Source: Bacteroidales bacterium (GTDB lineage: Bacteria; Bacteroidota; Bacteroidia; Bacteroidales; JAAUTT01). From it: a DNA stretch of 61,418 nucleotides. Below, piece by piece: positions 34,183-43,017 of the stretch. Where the stretch lies: contig JANYAP010000019.1 of assembly GCA_025361285.1 (NCBI GenBank), forward strand, positions 1 to 61,418, in the 5' to 3' direction. A program made the translations under genes and the position numbers. The notes below the pieces were generated by a model, which was not told where the DNA came from, made no database searches, and saw only the letters and a list, made by a program, of their open reading frames with translations. Each line of letters starts with the position of its first letter. Position 1 is the stretch's first letter.

Positions 34183-35022
34183 ATGACCACTTTAAAAGCA
34201 TTCCCCAAAAAAATACTTTCGATGAACCAAACCTATTGCAGGGAAGTTCCATCGCTTACAAAGACCAACCACTTCGTCAACGATTTCATCAACTTTTTGT
34301 TTCCAATACGATCCGACAAAAATGTTAGTTTATTGCAGATAGAGGCAAAATGGGAAGATCTTCAACATCAGTTTGTTGAACTGATAACACCATTACGACC
34401 GATGTTAGATAAGCCATTAGAGGAAATTTCCCGAGATTTTTTCGTGTTAATACCTTCCATACACGAAAAGATGATTAAGGATGCCGAAGCGTTTTTAACG
34501 TTCGACCCCGCAGCAAAATGCCCCGAAGAGGTAATACTTTGCTATCCTGGGTATTACGCAATATCGATTTATCGCTTGGCGCATGTACTTTATAAGATGA
34601 AGGTTGATATTCTTCCGCGAATTATATCGGAATACGCTCATACTAAAACAGGTATCGACATCCACCCTGGGGCTACTATTGGAAATCGTTTCTTTATCGA
34701 CCATGGAACAGGCATTGTTATTGGCGAATCGGCAATTATTGGCGACAACGTTAAAATATATCAGGGTGTTACACTCGGTGCACTTTATGTTGGTAAGAAC
34801 CTTGCAAACCAAAAACGACACCCAACTATTGAGGATAACGTAATTATTTATTCTGGAACTACTATTCTTGGTGGCGAAACAATTATTGGACGCGATACGG
34901 TAATTGGTGGAAATGTGTGGCTTACCGAAAGTGTACCTCCGTTTTCGGTAGTGTATCACAAACCTTCGGTGGTAATAAGGGACTCGAAAAAATTTGTAGA
35001 ACCAGTAAATTTTGTAATATAA
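34183..35022 (+). CDS. cysE: Serine O-acetyltransferase
   Basis: DPAA, YPG, TGIDIHPGATIG, FIDHGTG, KRHPT. Confidence 0.95.
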   Translation: MTTLKAFPKKILSMNQTYCREVPSLTKTNHFVNDFINFLFPIRSDKNVSLLQIEAKWEDLQHQFVELITPLRPMLDKPLEEISRDFFVLIPSIHEKMIKDAEAFLTFDPAAKCPEEVILCYPGYYAISIYRLAHVLYKMKVDILPRIISEYAHTKTGIDIHPGATIGNRFFIDHGTGIVIGESAIIGDNVKIYQGVTLGALYVGKNLANQKRHPTIEDNVIIYSGTTILGGETIIGRDTVIGGNVWLTESVPPFSVVYHKPSVVIRDSKKFVEPVNFVI

Positions 35023-35034
35023 ATACCTTTAAAT

Positions 35035-35946
35035 ATGAAGATTAAATCGATATTAGAAACTATAGGCAATACGCCTCATTTAAAAATAAATAAGTTATAT
35101 TCCTCAGATTATGAGGTTTGGGTAAAATTAGAGCGTTTTAATCCTGGGGGAAGTATTAAGGATAGGATTGCATTGTCGATGGTTGAAGATGCCGAGAACA
35201 GAGGTATTTTAAAGCCCAATTCGGTTATTATTGAGCCAACTTCGGGCAATACGGGTATTGGTTTAGCTTTAGTTTCAGCGTTAAAGGGTTACAAGCTTAT
35301 ACTTGTAATGCCCGAATCGTTTAGCGTTGAACGCCGCAAACTTATGGCTGCTTATGGTGCTTCGTTCGAGTTAACCCCTCGCGAACAAGGCATGAGTGGC
35401 GCAATAGAAAAGGCCGCTGAGTTAGTTCATTCAATTCCAAACGCTTGGATGCCGTCGCAGTTCGACAATGAAGCTAATATTGCCATACATAAAAAAGTTA
35501 CAGCTCAGGAAATAATAAACGATTTCCCCGAAGGATTAGATTATTTAATTACTGGCGTTGGCACAGGTGGCCACATTACTGGAGTAGGAGAGGAGCTAAA
35601 AAAGACATTTCCAAAACTTAAGGTGTATGCTGTTGAGCCCGAGGTGTCGCCGTTTATTTCGAAGGGTAAATATGCGCCGCATCCTATTCAAGGCATTGGG
35701 CCTAACTTTTTACCTAAAAATCTTCATATCGAAGTTCTCGACGGAGTAATTCAAGTTACTAAGGACGAAGCATACAAATATGCTCAGGACGCAGCTAAGC
35801 TTGAAGGCTTGTTTGGTGGTGTTTCTACTGGAGCTTCGCTTGCCGCAGTTGCAAAAATGCTTTCCAAATTCCCAAAAGGGTCGCGAATACTTACCTTTAA
35901 CTACGATACTGGCGAACGATATTTATCTGTTGAGGGGTTGTTTTAA
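35035..35946 (+). CDS. cysK: Cysteine synthase A
   Basis: [31 protein letters not shown]. Confidence 0.97.
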   Translation: MKIKSILETIGNTPHLKINKLYSSDYEVWVKLERFNPGGSIKDRIALSMVEDAENRGILKPNSVIIEPTSGNTGIGLALVSALKGYKLILVMPESFSVERRKLMAAYGASFELTPREQGMSGAIEKAAELVHSIPNAWMPSQFDNEANIAIHKKVTAQEIINDFPEGLDYLITGVGTGGHITGVGEELKKTFPKLKVYAVEPEVSPFISKGKYAPHPIQGIGPNFLPKNLHIEVLDGVIQVTKDEAYKYAQDAAKLEGLFGGVSTGASLAAVAKMLSKFPKGSRILTFNYDTGERYLSVEGLF

Positions 35947-35958
35947 TATATGAAGCGA

Positions 35959-36035
35959 AAGAGCCAAGACACAAGAGCCAAGAGCCAAGAGTCAAGAGCC
36001 AAGAGTCAAGAGCTAAGAGCCAAGAGACAAGATAT
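35959..36035 (+). repeat. Heptamer tandem repeat AAGAGYC (about 11 units)
   Basis: aagagcc aagacac aagagcc aagagcc aagagtc aagagcc aagagtc aagagct aagagcc aagagac aagatat. Confidence 0.95.
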
Positions 36036-36148
36036 GATAAGCTGTAATTTAGTGTGTTAGCAATTAATATGACTGTTTAATTAATTCGTTGTATATATAC
36101 TTGATTGGTTTGTTCTTTTTGGTTTTATGCTTGCCTCATTTATAATTT

Positions 36149-36202
36149 GCCGAGTTGTGTTTTACGTATAACTCTCACGTAATTACACAACTACGGCTTT
36201 TT
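36149..36202 (+). terminator. Long hairpin with T tract between cysK and the vor operon
   Basis: GCCG-AGTTGTGT-TTTACGT / ACGTAAT-TACACAACT-ACGGC followed by TTTTT. Confidence 0.6.
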
Positions 36203-36322
36203 GTGTTTAACTGCCTCATTAAGCACATACTTTTCCGTCATTTCCTGCTTTTATTACTTTTAAAACATTATAACTTTTATAACTTTACGTCCTTTATTAT
36301 ACTACCTTTTAATTTTTATAAT

Positions 36323-36550
36323 ATGGCAAGAGTGCGCGGTGCAATAGTTATAGACGTTGAGCGGTGCAAAGGATGTGGAGTTTGCGTAGCTAATTGCCCT
36401 TCGCATGTTATAGGCTTGGAGCACGCGGTTAACAGCAAAGGATATCATTTTTCGCACGTGGAAAACCCCGAAGAATGTACTGGTTGTACAAACTGTGCTA
36501 CTGTATGTCCCGATGCCGTTATTACAGTTTACAGAAAGAAATTTGACTAG
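36323..36550 (+). CDS. 2x[4Fe-4S] ferredoxin-like (delta) subunit of 2-oxoacid oxidoreductase
   Basis: CKGCGVCVANCP and CTGCTNCATVCP; start corrected to ATG 36323. Confidence 0.93.
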   Translation: MARVRGAIVIDVERCKGCGVCVANCPSHVIGLEHAVNSKGYHFSHVENPEECTGCTNCATVCPDAVITVYRKKFD

Positions 36551-36565
36551 AAAAATTTGTGTGGA

Positions 36566-37636
36566 ATGGCAGAATTAAAACTAATGAAAGGAAATGAGGC
36601 CATTGCCGAAGCTGCTATTAGAGCTGGTGCCGATGGTTATTTTGGATATCCTATTACTCCGCAATCGGAAATTTTGGAATACTTAATGGTTGAAGATGCC
36701 TTTAAACGCACAGGCATGGTAGTTTTGCAGGCCGAAAGCGAAATAGCTGCCATAAATATGGTTTTTGGAGCTGCAAGCACAGGTAAAAAAATACTAACGT
36801 CGTCGTCGAGCCCTGGAGTAAGCCTTATGCAGGAAGGTATTTCGTATATTGCTGGTGCCGAAGTGCCTTGTCTTATTGTTAATGTTGTTCGTGGTGGACC
36901 AGGTTTGGGGTCTATTCAACCATCGCAAGCCGATTATTTTCAATCGGTTAAAGGCGGAGGGCATGGCGATTATCGCCTAATAGTTTTAGCGCCTGCATCG
37001 GTGCAGGAAATGTGCGATTTTGTTCCTTTGGGTTTCGATTTAGCCTTCAAATACCGTATTCCAGTGCTTATGCTTTCCGATGGACTTATCGGTCAGATGA
37101 TGGAAAAGGTAATTATGTTCGACCAAATTCCGCGTGCAACCCAATTCGATCAATCGTGGTCGTTGACAGGAAAACCTGCTAATCGCCAACGAAACACGGT
37201 AACCTCTCTCGATATGGATCCGTATGGAATGGAAAACCACAATCGTAATCTTCAGGCTAAGTACACTAAAATTGAGGAAAACGAAGTGCGTTTCGAAGCC
37301 ATTTTTTGCGACGATGCCGAATTTATTTTTGTAGCCTATGGCGCAAGTGCTCGTATTTGTCAGAAATCGACACAGTTAGCTCGCGATAAGGGCTTAAAAG
37401 TTGGTCTGTTCCGCCCAATTACTTTATTTCCATTTCCGAAAAAGGAATTGTTAGCCCTTGCCGGGAAAACTAAAGCATTTCTATCTGTAGAAATGAGTGC
37501 TGGCCAAATGATTGAAGATATTCAAATAGCTACCAAGGGTAAAGTAAACGTTGAACATTTTGGCCGATACGGAGGCGTAATTCACTCACCAACCGAAGTG
37601 CTCGAAGCCATGGAAAACCTAATTAAGAACTCTTGA
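36566..37636 (+). CDS. 2-oxoacid:ferredoxin oxidoreductase alpha subunit (Vor / 2-ketoisovalerate type)
   Basis: KGNEA, GYPITPQSE, ESEIAA, SSSPG, RGGPGLG. Confidence 0.9.
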   Translation: MAELKLMKGNEAIAEAAIRAGADGYFGYPITPQSEILEYLMVEDAFKRTGMVVLQAESEIAAINMVFGAASTGKKILTSSSSPGVSLMQEGISYIAGAEVPCLIVNVVRGGPGLGSIQPSQADYFQSVKGGGHGDYRLIVLAPASVQEMCDFVPLGFDLAFKYRIPVLMLSDGLIGQMMEKVIMFDQIPRATQFDQSWSLTGKPANRQRNTVTSLDMDPYGMENHNRNLQAKYTKIEENEVRFEAIFCDDAEFIFVAYGASARICQKSTQLARDKGLKVGLFRPITLFPFPKKELLALAGKTKAFLSVEMSAGQMIEDIQIATKGKVNVEHFGRYGGVIHSPTEVLEAMENLIKNS

Positions 37637-37638
37637 TA

Positions 37639-38424
37639 ATGGAATTTAACGAAATAATTAACCCCGGTAATCTAGTTTATAAAAAAACTAATTTATTAAC
37701 TGACAAGGTTTTGTCTTATTGCCCTGGTTGTGGGCATGGAACCGCAAACCGTTTGGTTATGGAAGTTATCGACGAAATGAAAATTCAATCCGAAACAATT
37801 GGCGTTGCTTCGGTTGGCTGCTCCGTTTTAGCCTACGAATTTATGGATATCGATATGGTTGGAGCGCCACACGGTAGAGCGCCTGCATTAGCTACTGGCA
37901 TTAAAAGGGTTTACCCCGATAAGTTTGTTTTCACGTATCAGGGCGATGGCGATTTGGCTGCAATAGGTACTTCGGAAACAATACATGCTTGTAACAGAGG
38001 AGAGAATATTACCATCATATTCATTAACAATGGAATATATGGAATGACAGGTGGACAGATGGCGCCTACAAGCCTCGAAGGCATGAAAACATCTACATCT
38101 CCTTATGGTCGAGATATCGAATCGATGGGTCATCCGCTGAAAATAACCGAATTAGTTTCGCAGCTCGACGGTGTATATTATGTATCGCGCCAGGCTGTTC
38201 ATACTCCCTCGGCAGCTAGAAAGGCTAAAAAAGCGATACGAATTGCATTCGAAAACCAAAAGCTTAAAAAGGGACTATCGTTAGTTGAAATTGTTTCGAG
38301 TTGCAACTCGAACTGGAAACTATCTCCTGTAAAAGCAAATGAATGGATGGAAGAAAACATGTTTCCATTTTATCCGCTTGGCGATATTAAGGTTGATGGA
38401 GTGGCGGTGAAGAAGGTGCTGTAG
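37639..38424 (+). CDS. 2-oxoacid:ferredoxin oxidoreductase beta (TPP-binding) subunit
   Basis: YCPGCGH, GDGD, YGMTGGQ. Confidence 0.92.
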   Translation: MEFNEIINPGNLVYKKTNLLTDKVLSYCPGCGHGTANRLVMEVIDEMKIQSETIGVASVGCSVLAYEFMDIDMVGAPHGRAPALATGIKRVYPDKFVFTYQGDGDLAAIGTSETIHACNRGENITIIFINNGIYGMTGGQMAPTSLEGMKTSTSPYGRDIESMGHPLKITELVSQLDGVYYVSRQAVHTPSAARKAKKAIRIAFENQKLKKGLSLVEIVSSCNSNWKLSPVKANEWMEENMFPFYPLGDIKVDGVAVKKVL

Positions 38425-38513
38425 AGGTTGTAAAAGGTTGTAGAGGTTATAGAAGTTATAGAAGTTGTAAAAGGTTGTAAAAGGTTGTAGAGGTTGAAGA
38501 GGTTGTAAGGGTT
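38421..38513 (+). repeat. 9/10-mer tandem repeat GTA(G/AA)AGGTT (10 units) inside the operon
   Basis: gtagaggtt gtaaaaggtt gtagaggtt atagaagtt atagaagtt gtaaaaggtt gtaaaaggtt gtagaggtt gaagaggtt gtaagggtt. Confidence 0.93.
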
Positions 38514-38551
38514 ATATTAAATACAACTTTTTAAATGATAAATGGTTAACG

Positions 38552-39100
38552 ATGACTGAGGAAATTATTATTGCTGGATTTGGTGGACAAGGTGTGCTTC
38601 TGATGGGTAAAATTCTTGCTTATTCGGGCATGATGCAGGATATGGAAGTAAGTTGGATGCCGTCGTACGGTCCCGAAATGCGCGGTGGCACAGCTAATGT
38701 TACCGTAATTTTTAGCACCGAGCGTATTAACTCTCCCATTTTGAATGAATTCGACACGGCAATTGTACTTAACCAGCAATCGCTCGACAAATTTGAATCG
38801 CTAATTAAACCCGGCGGCATTTTACTATACGACAACAGCGGAATAACCCGTTTTCCTAGTAGGCAAGATATTGATATATATTGTGTTGAAGCCTCTGAAG
38901 AAGCAGCACGCATGTCGATGGCAATAAGTTTTAATATGATAGTACTGGGAGCATACCTAAAAATAAGCCCATTCGTTAAGCTCGACAACGTAATTAAAGG
39001 ATTAACGAAATCGTTACCATCCCGCCATCATCATACAATACCAATGAATAGAGACGCAATTGTCCGCGGAATGGAAATTGTAAAAAAGGATATAAAGTAA
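38552..39100 (+). CDS. 2-oxoacid:ferredoxin oxidoreductase gamma subunit
   Basis: AGFGGQG, PSYGPEMRGG. Confidence 0.93.
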   Translation: MTEEIIIAGFGGQGVLLMGKILAYSGMMQDMEVSWMPSYGPEMRGGTANVTVIFSTERINSPILNEFDTAIVLNQQSLDKFESLIKPGGILLYDNSGITRFPSRQDIDIYCVEASEEAARMSMAISFNMIVLGAYLKISPFVKLDNVIKGLTKSLPSRHHHTIPMNRDAIVRGMEIVKKDIK

Positions 39101-39315
39101 TTTTGGTTTAAAGGTAAGAAGCAAGTTTTGTTGTTAATTATTAGTTAGTTGTAAAATTAGAAGTAGTTTATCGATGATTTAGCTCAATATTTTTGGTGAT
39201 TGCGGTTTCAGTTTTTATTAATAACAATCATTTTGGTAGCTATTCAATATCATTGGTTTAGGTGAATAACTAGGCATTCGACGTAGTATTTTTGACTTAA
39301 CAAAAACTCTACGCC

Positions 39316-39906
39316 ATGAAAAAATTATTATTCCTAACCAGCGGCTTAATTCTTTTGACGAATGTATGGGCAAAGGAATTCGATATCGACATACCATACT
39401 ATGGTTTAAATGCTTACCAATCGTCAACAGGTAGTGGATATGGCTCAAGCATGAATCTAAACTTCAATGTGCAAAAGTTTAACAAGGTGTTTGAGCTAGG
39501 ATTGATGTTTAATTCACAAAGTCAGCAGTTTATGGGCTGCGAGTTTATGTTTAAACGATTTATTGGTTTTAATTCGAGGTTTGCTTACAATAAATTATTA
39601 AAGCCTTTTTTTCATTATAATTTCCTTTATAGGCAACCAACCGATATTATAGTATCGGCTTCGGTATTGAAATCGGCTTCTACAAGCCCAATGGAAATAG
39701 GGGGTAAAATGACTACTTTCGAACATGCGCTTGGTTTAGGCTTGCAAATGCGACTTTTTAGACAATTATATATGGAAGGAAGTGCCGGTATTGGTGCTTA
39801 TTTCGGATCGCGCTACCAAGGTTCAACTCCTTCATCGTGGGGTATTCACAAGAATAACTTCGGGTTTATTCCTTCGTTCAAATTAGGTTTAGGTTTTCAG
39901 TTTTAA
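39316..39906 (+). CDS. Hypothetical small outer-membrane beta-barrel protein
   Basis: Signal peptide, amphipathic strands, C-terminal LGLGFQF. Confidence 0.7.
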   Translation: MKKLLFLTSGLILLTNVWAKEFDIDIPYYGLNAYQSSTGSGYGSSMNLNFNVQKFNKVFELGLMFNSQSQQFMGCEFMFKRFIGFNSRFAYNKLLKPFFHYNFLYRQPTDIIVSASVLKSASTSPMEIGGKMTTFEHALGLGLQMRLFRQLYMEGSAGIGAYFGSRYQGSTPSSWGIHKNNFGFIPSFKLGLGFQF

Positions 39907-39949
39907 TGTTTGAAATTACGGATAGGCGACAGAGTTAAAGATAAATGCG

Positions 39950-39978
39950 ATGTCGGGTGCAAAATGCCCGACATTTTT
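39950..39978 (+). terminator. Intrinsic terminator
   Basis: ATGTCGGGT...GCCCGACAT followed by TTTT. Confidence 0.8.
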
Positions 39979-40044
39979 GCTTTATATACATCGAGTTAAA
40001 CTGACATATTAATTTTTTTTAACGCACCAATATACAGTTTATCA

Positions 40045-40071
40045 TGTCTTGATTCTTGGCTCTTGATTCTT
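40045..40071 (-). repeat. Short copy of the AAGA heptamer repeat
   Basis: Minus strand reads aagaatc aagagcc aagaatc aagaca. Confidence 0.75.
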
Positions 40072-40096
40072 ATTTATTTCTCTGCTCTACAAGCCT

Positions 40097-41401
40097 TTAG
40101 CGTATGTGCTTGTCTATTATCTTGAACAAATCGTCGGGGTTTAAAGGCTTGGTAATGTAGTCGTCGCACATGTATTCCATGGCTCTTTTACGATCTTCGG
40201 GATAGGCATAAGCAGTTTGAACAATTATTGGGGTTGTGTTTCCCGATATCTGTTTAATAATACGCACCGCTTCTAACCCATTCATTTTAGGCATTTTAAT
40301 ATCCATAAGAATAAGATCGATATCGGCATTGTTTTTGCAAATTTCTACAGCTTTTAGTCCATTTACGGCCCTAATAACAGTAGCACCGTGGCCTACAAGT
40401 ATTTCATTTAGAAACCTAAAATTCGACTCTTCGTCCTCGGCAACAAGTATTTTTTTCCCTGCTAAACAATCTATTGGTATTCCAATACTTACGGTTTTAC
40501 TTTGGTGGGTAATATTGCTGTAATTATTAATAGTAAAATAAAAATCGGAACCCTTACCAGGCGTGGATTGTACCCATATTTTACCGCCATGTAATTCAAC
40601 AAAAGCTTTTGAAATAGATAGACCTAAGCCTGTTCCTCCGTATACATTGGTGTCGCCAGCTTCAGCTTGTTGAAAACGATCGAAAACAAGTTTCTGAAAA
40701 TCGGGCTTTATTCCAATACCAGTATCGGAAACATAAAATTCGACAAAATTATCGACTATACGATACCCAAATTTAATTTCTCCTTTTTTTGTAAATTTTA
40801 TTGCGTTTATTAACAGGTTATTAAGTACCTGTCGTATTTTGGTATGGTCGCAAGTTATAGAGCTTTCGGCATCGGGCAACTCTTTAGTTGACAATAATTT
40901 CAAATTGCTTTTTTCGGCTAAAGGAAGAAAAAACATTTGCAATTCGTCGATAAGTCCGTTCAGTTGAAAGGAGGTTTCGCTTAAAGTTATTTGCCCCGAT
41001 TCTATTCGCGAGATATCAACTATGTCGTTGATAATTGAAAGAAGCTGATTGCAGCTATTATTAATGATTTCGACGTACACGTTACGGCTCTCGTCATCTA
41101 CTGTTCTGTCAACCAATAAACTGGCAAACCCAACAATGCCATTCATTGGAGTACGAATTTCGTGCGAAAGGTTTGCTAAAAAAGCTGTTTTAAGCTTATC
41201 GTTTTCTTCGGCTTTTAACTTAGCTTGGGTAAGCTTAGCCTCGGTTTTAATACGAATACTTATCTCCTGCTTAAGTTGCATGTTTTCAGCAATTAACGTG
41301 GCGCAATCCTTAGCGGTAGTTTTCAATTGCAATTGACATTTCTCTAATTCGTTTCTCAACCCATTGTTATTACTCTTGTTTTCAATAGTAGGTAGTTCCA
41401 T
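40097..41401 (-). CDS. Cytoplasmic hybrid histidine kinase with receiver domain
   Basis: SHEIRTPMN, NAIKFT, DTGIG, GTGLGL; receiver motifs AEDE, MDIKMP, KP. Confidence 0.93.
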   Translation of the reverse strand: MELPTIENKSNNNGLRNELEKCQLQLKTTAKDCATLIAENMQLKQEISIRIKTEAKLTQAKLKAEENDKLKTAFLANLSHEIRTPMNGIVGFASLLVDRTVDDESRNVYVEIINNSCNQLLSIINDIVDISRIESGQITLSETSFQLNGLIDELQMFFLPLAEKSNLKLLSTKELPDAESSITCDHTKIRQVLNNLLINAIKFTKKGEIKFGYRIVDNFVEFYVSDTGIGIKPDFQKLVFDRFQQAEAGDTNVYGGTGLGLSISKAFVELHGGKIWVQSTPGKGSDFYFTINNYSNITHQSKTVSIGIPIDCLAGKKILVAEDEESNFRFLNEILVGHGATVIRAVNGLKAVEICKNNADIDLILMDIKMPKMNGLEAVRIIKQISGNTTPIIVQTAYAYPEDRKRAMEYMCDDYITKPLNPDDLFKIIDKHIR

Positions 41402-41863
41402 TTACGAATTATTAGATCGATAGTTCATATTTTATATAACCAAAAATTTCGCTATAAAGTACTGTAATATTTTCCGTCAAAGCAAATATTTAGTTTGGTT
41501 TTTATTAACTATCAATAAATAATGGTGTTTCAAACTTTTAAAAATCGGATTTCTATGTAATACTTCGGCGACATTTTACAACTTGCTTATAATTAACAAG
41601 TTGCTACACATCGGAATAATTTGAAATATTTTTTGTATTTCTATGTATTTCAACGTATTACAAATACGATGAAATTGAAAAAATTATGAGATTCCGAATT
41701 ATTGCTATTATCAATTTACATTTTTCGGTTTATAAAAAAAATAGATTTTTGATAAATTACCGATAATACCAATTCAAAATAAATCAGTAAGTTGGAAATT
41801 CAACTCATTCGACTACTTTTGTAATTGCTAATTTGATTGTTCATACTGCTTAATAAACGTTTA

Positions 41864-42961
41864 ATGAGAGTTTTATATATTGTTGTATTTGTTGTTTTAT
41901 CGGCCTTTTCGTGCAAAAATAATGTTTCGATAAACCCAAACAATAACGCCGATCAGAACGACCAAAACGAAGAACCTTCTGTAAAGAGTTTTGCAATTAT
42001 TAGTCCTAAAATATATGCTAAATATACTGTTGGAGAGAATGTTGCCATTCAATTATCACTTATCGACACATCAAAACGTATCGATTCGGTTCGTGTAGGC
42101 TTTGGAAACAAATACTTTAAGGCACCTTCCGCAGTTTTAACCTTTCCTATAGCTATTACCGATGAAAATCTAGGAAAACAAAACTTTTCGATAACTGCTT
42201 ATTTTAGTGATAATTCGCAGCAAACCGAAACCATGGAATTGATGATTCTGTCGGATATTATACCAGTTTCGATACCATTTAAGGTTGTAAATGTTTATCC
42301 GCATTCGATTGAAAATTTTACCGAAGGTTTGCTTTTCGACGACAACTATTTGTACGAAGGTACTGGCTTAGAGGGTAAATCGAAAATTACAAAAACTGAC
42401 TTAAAATCGGGCAAAGTTCTGCAGGACTTAAGCATTGCCCCTGAGGTATTTGGCGAAGGAATTGCCATTATTAACGATAAACTTTACCAGCTTACATACC
42501 GGTCGCAAATTGGATATATTTACAATAAAAAAACGCTCGCCGAAATTCGAAAATTTAAGTATTCCTTCGAAACTGAGGGTTGGGGACTTACAACCGATGG
42601 TAAAGACTTGATTATGAGTAATGGATCTGATAGACTATACGTTTTGGATACCACTTACATGAGTATTTTACGCGAAATTAAGGTTTGCGACAATGTAAAT
42701 GCAGTTGACAGTCTTAACGAACTGGAATATGTAGATGGCGCAATTTATGCCAACATTTGGCTAAGCAACCGTATTGTTAAATTAGATTTTAAAACGGGCA
42801 AAGTGCTGGGTTACATTAATTTAACATCTATAATTCCGCAAGAGGAAAGGGGAAATTTAGCGAATACATTAAACGGAATAGCCTATAATACAGCTACTTC
42901 CAATTTATTTGTTACAGGTAAATGTTGGAAGAAGTTGTTTGAAATTAAACTCGGAAAATAG
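41864..42961 (+). CDS. Glutaminyl-peptide cyclotransferase (beta-propeller type) lipoprotein
   Basis: FTEGL, EGTG, FGEG, EGWGLT, LNELE, NGIA, TGKxW; lipobox AFSC. Confidence 0.9.
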   Translation: MRVLYIVVFVVLSAFSCKNNVSINPNNNADQNDQNEEPSVKSFAIISPKIYAKYTVGENVAIQLSLIDTSKRIDSVRVGFGNKYFKAPSAVLTFPIAITDENLGKQNFSITAYFSDNSQQTETMELMILSDIIPVSIPFKVVNVYPHSIENFTEGLLFDDNYLYEGTGLEGKSKITKTDLKSGKVLQDLSIAPEVFGEGIAIINDKLYQLTYRSQIGYIYNKKTLAEIRKFKYSFETEGWGLTTDGKDLIMSNGSDRLYVLDTTYMSILREIKVCDNVNAVDSLNELEYVDGAIYANIWLSNRIVKLDFKTGKVLGYINLTSIIPQEERGNLANTLNGIAYNTATSNLFVTGKCWKKLFEIKLGK

Positions 42962-43017
42962 AAGTATTGTAATATTGTCCTCACAATTAGCTTGTTACTT
43001 TTAAAGACCATGTTATT

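Noticed and set aside
35959-38513. CRISPR array interpretation of the tandem repeats
   Set aside because: Units are 7-10 bp with no unique spacers, and no cas genes are present.
41402-41860. Short inverted and direct repeats in the kinase/cyclase divergent spacer (e.g. CAACTTG...CAAGTTG)
   Set aside because: Short and AT-rich; cannot be distinguished from chance without comparative data.
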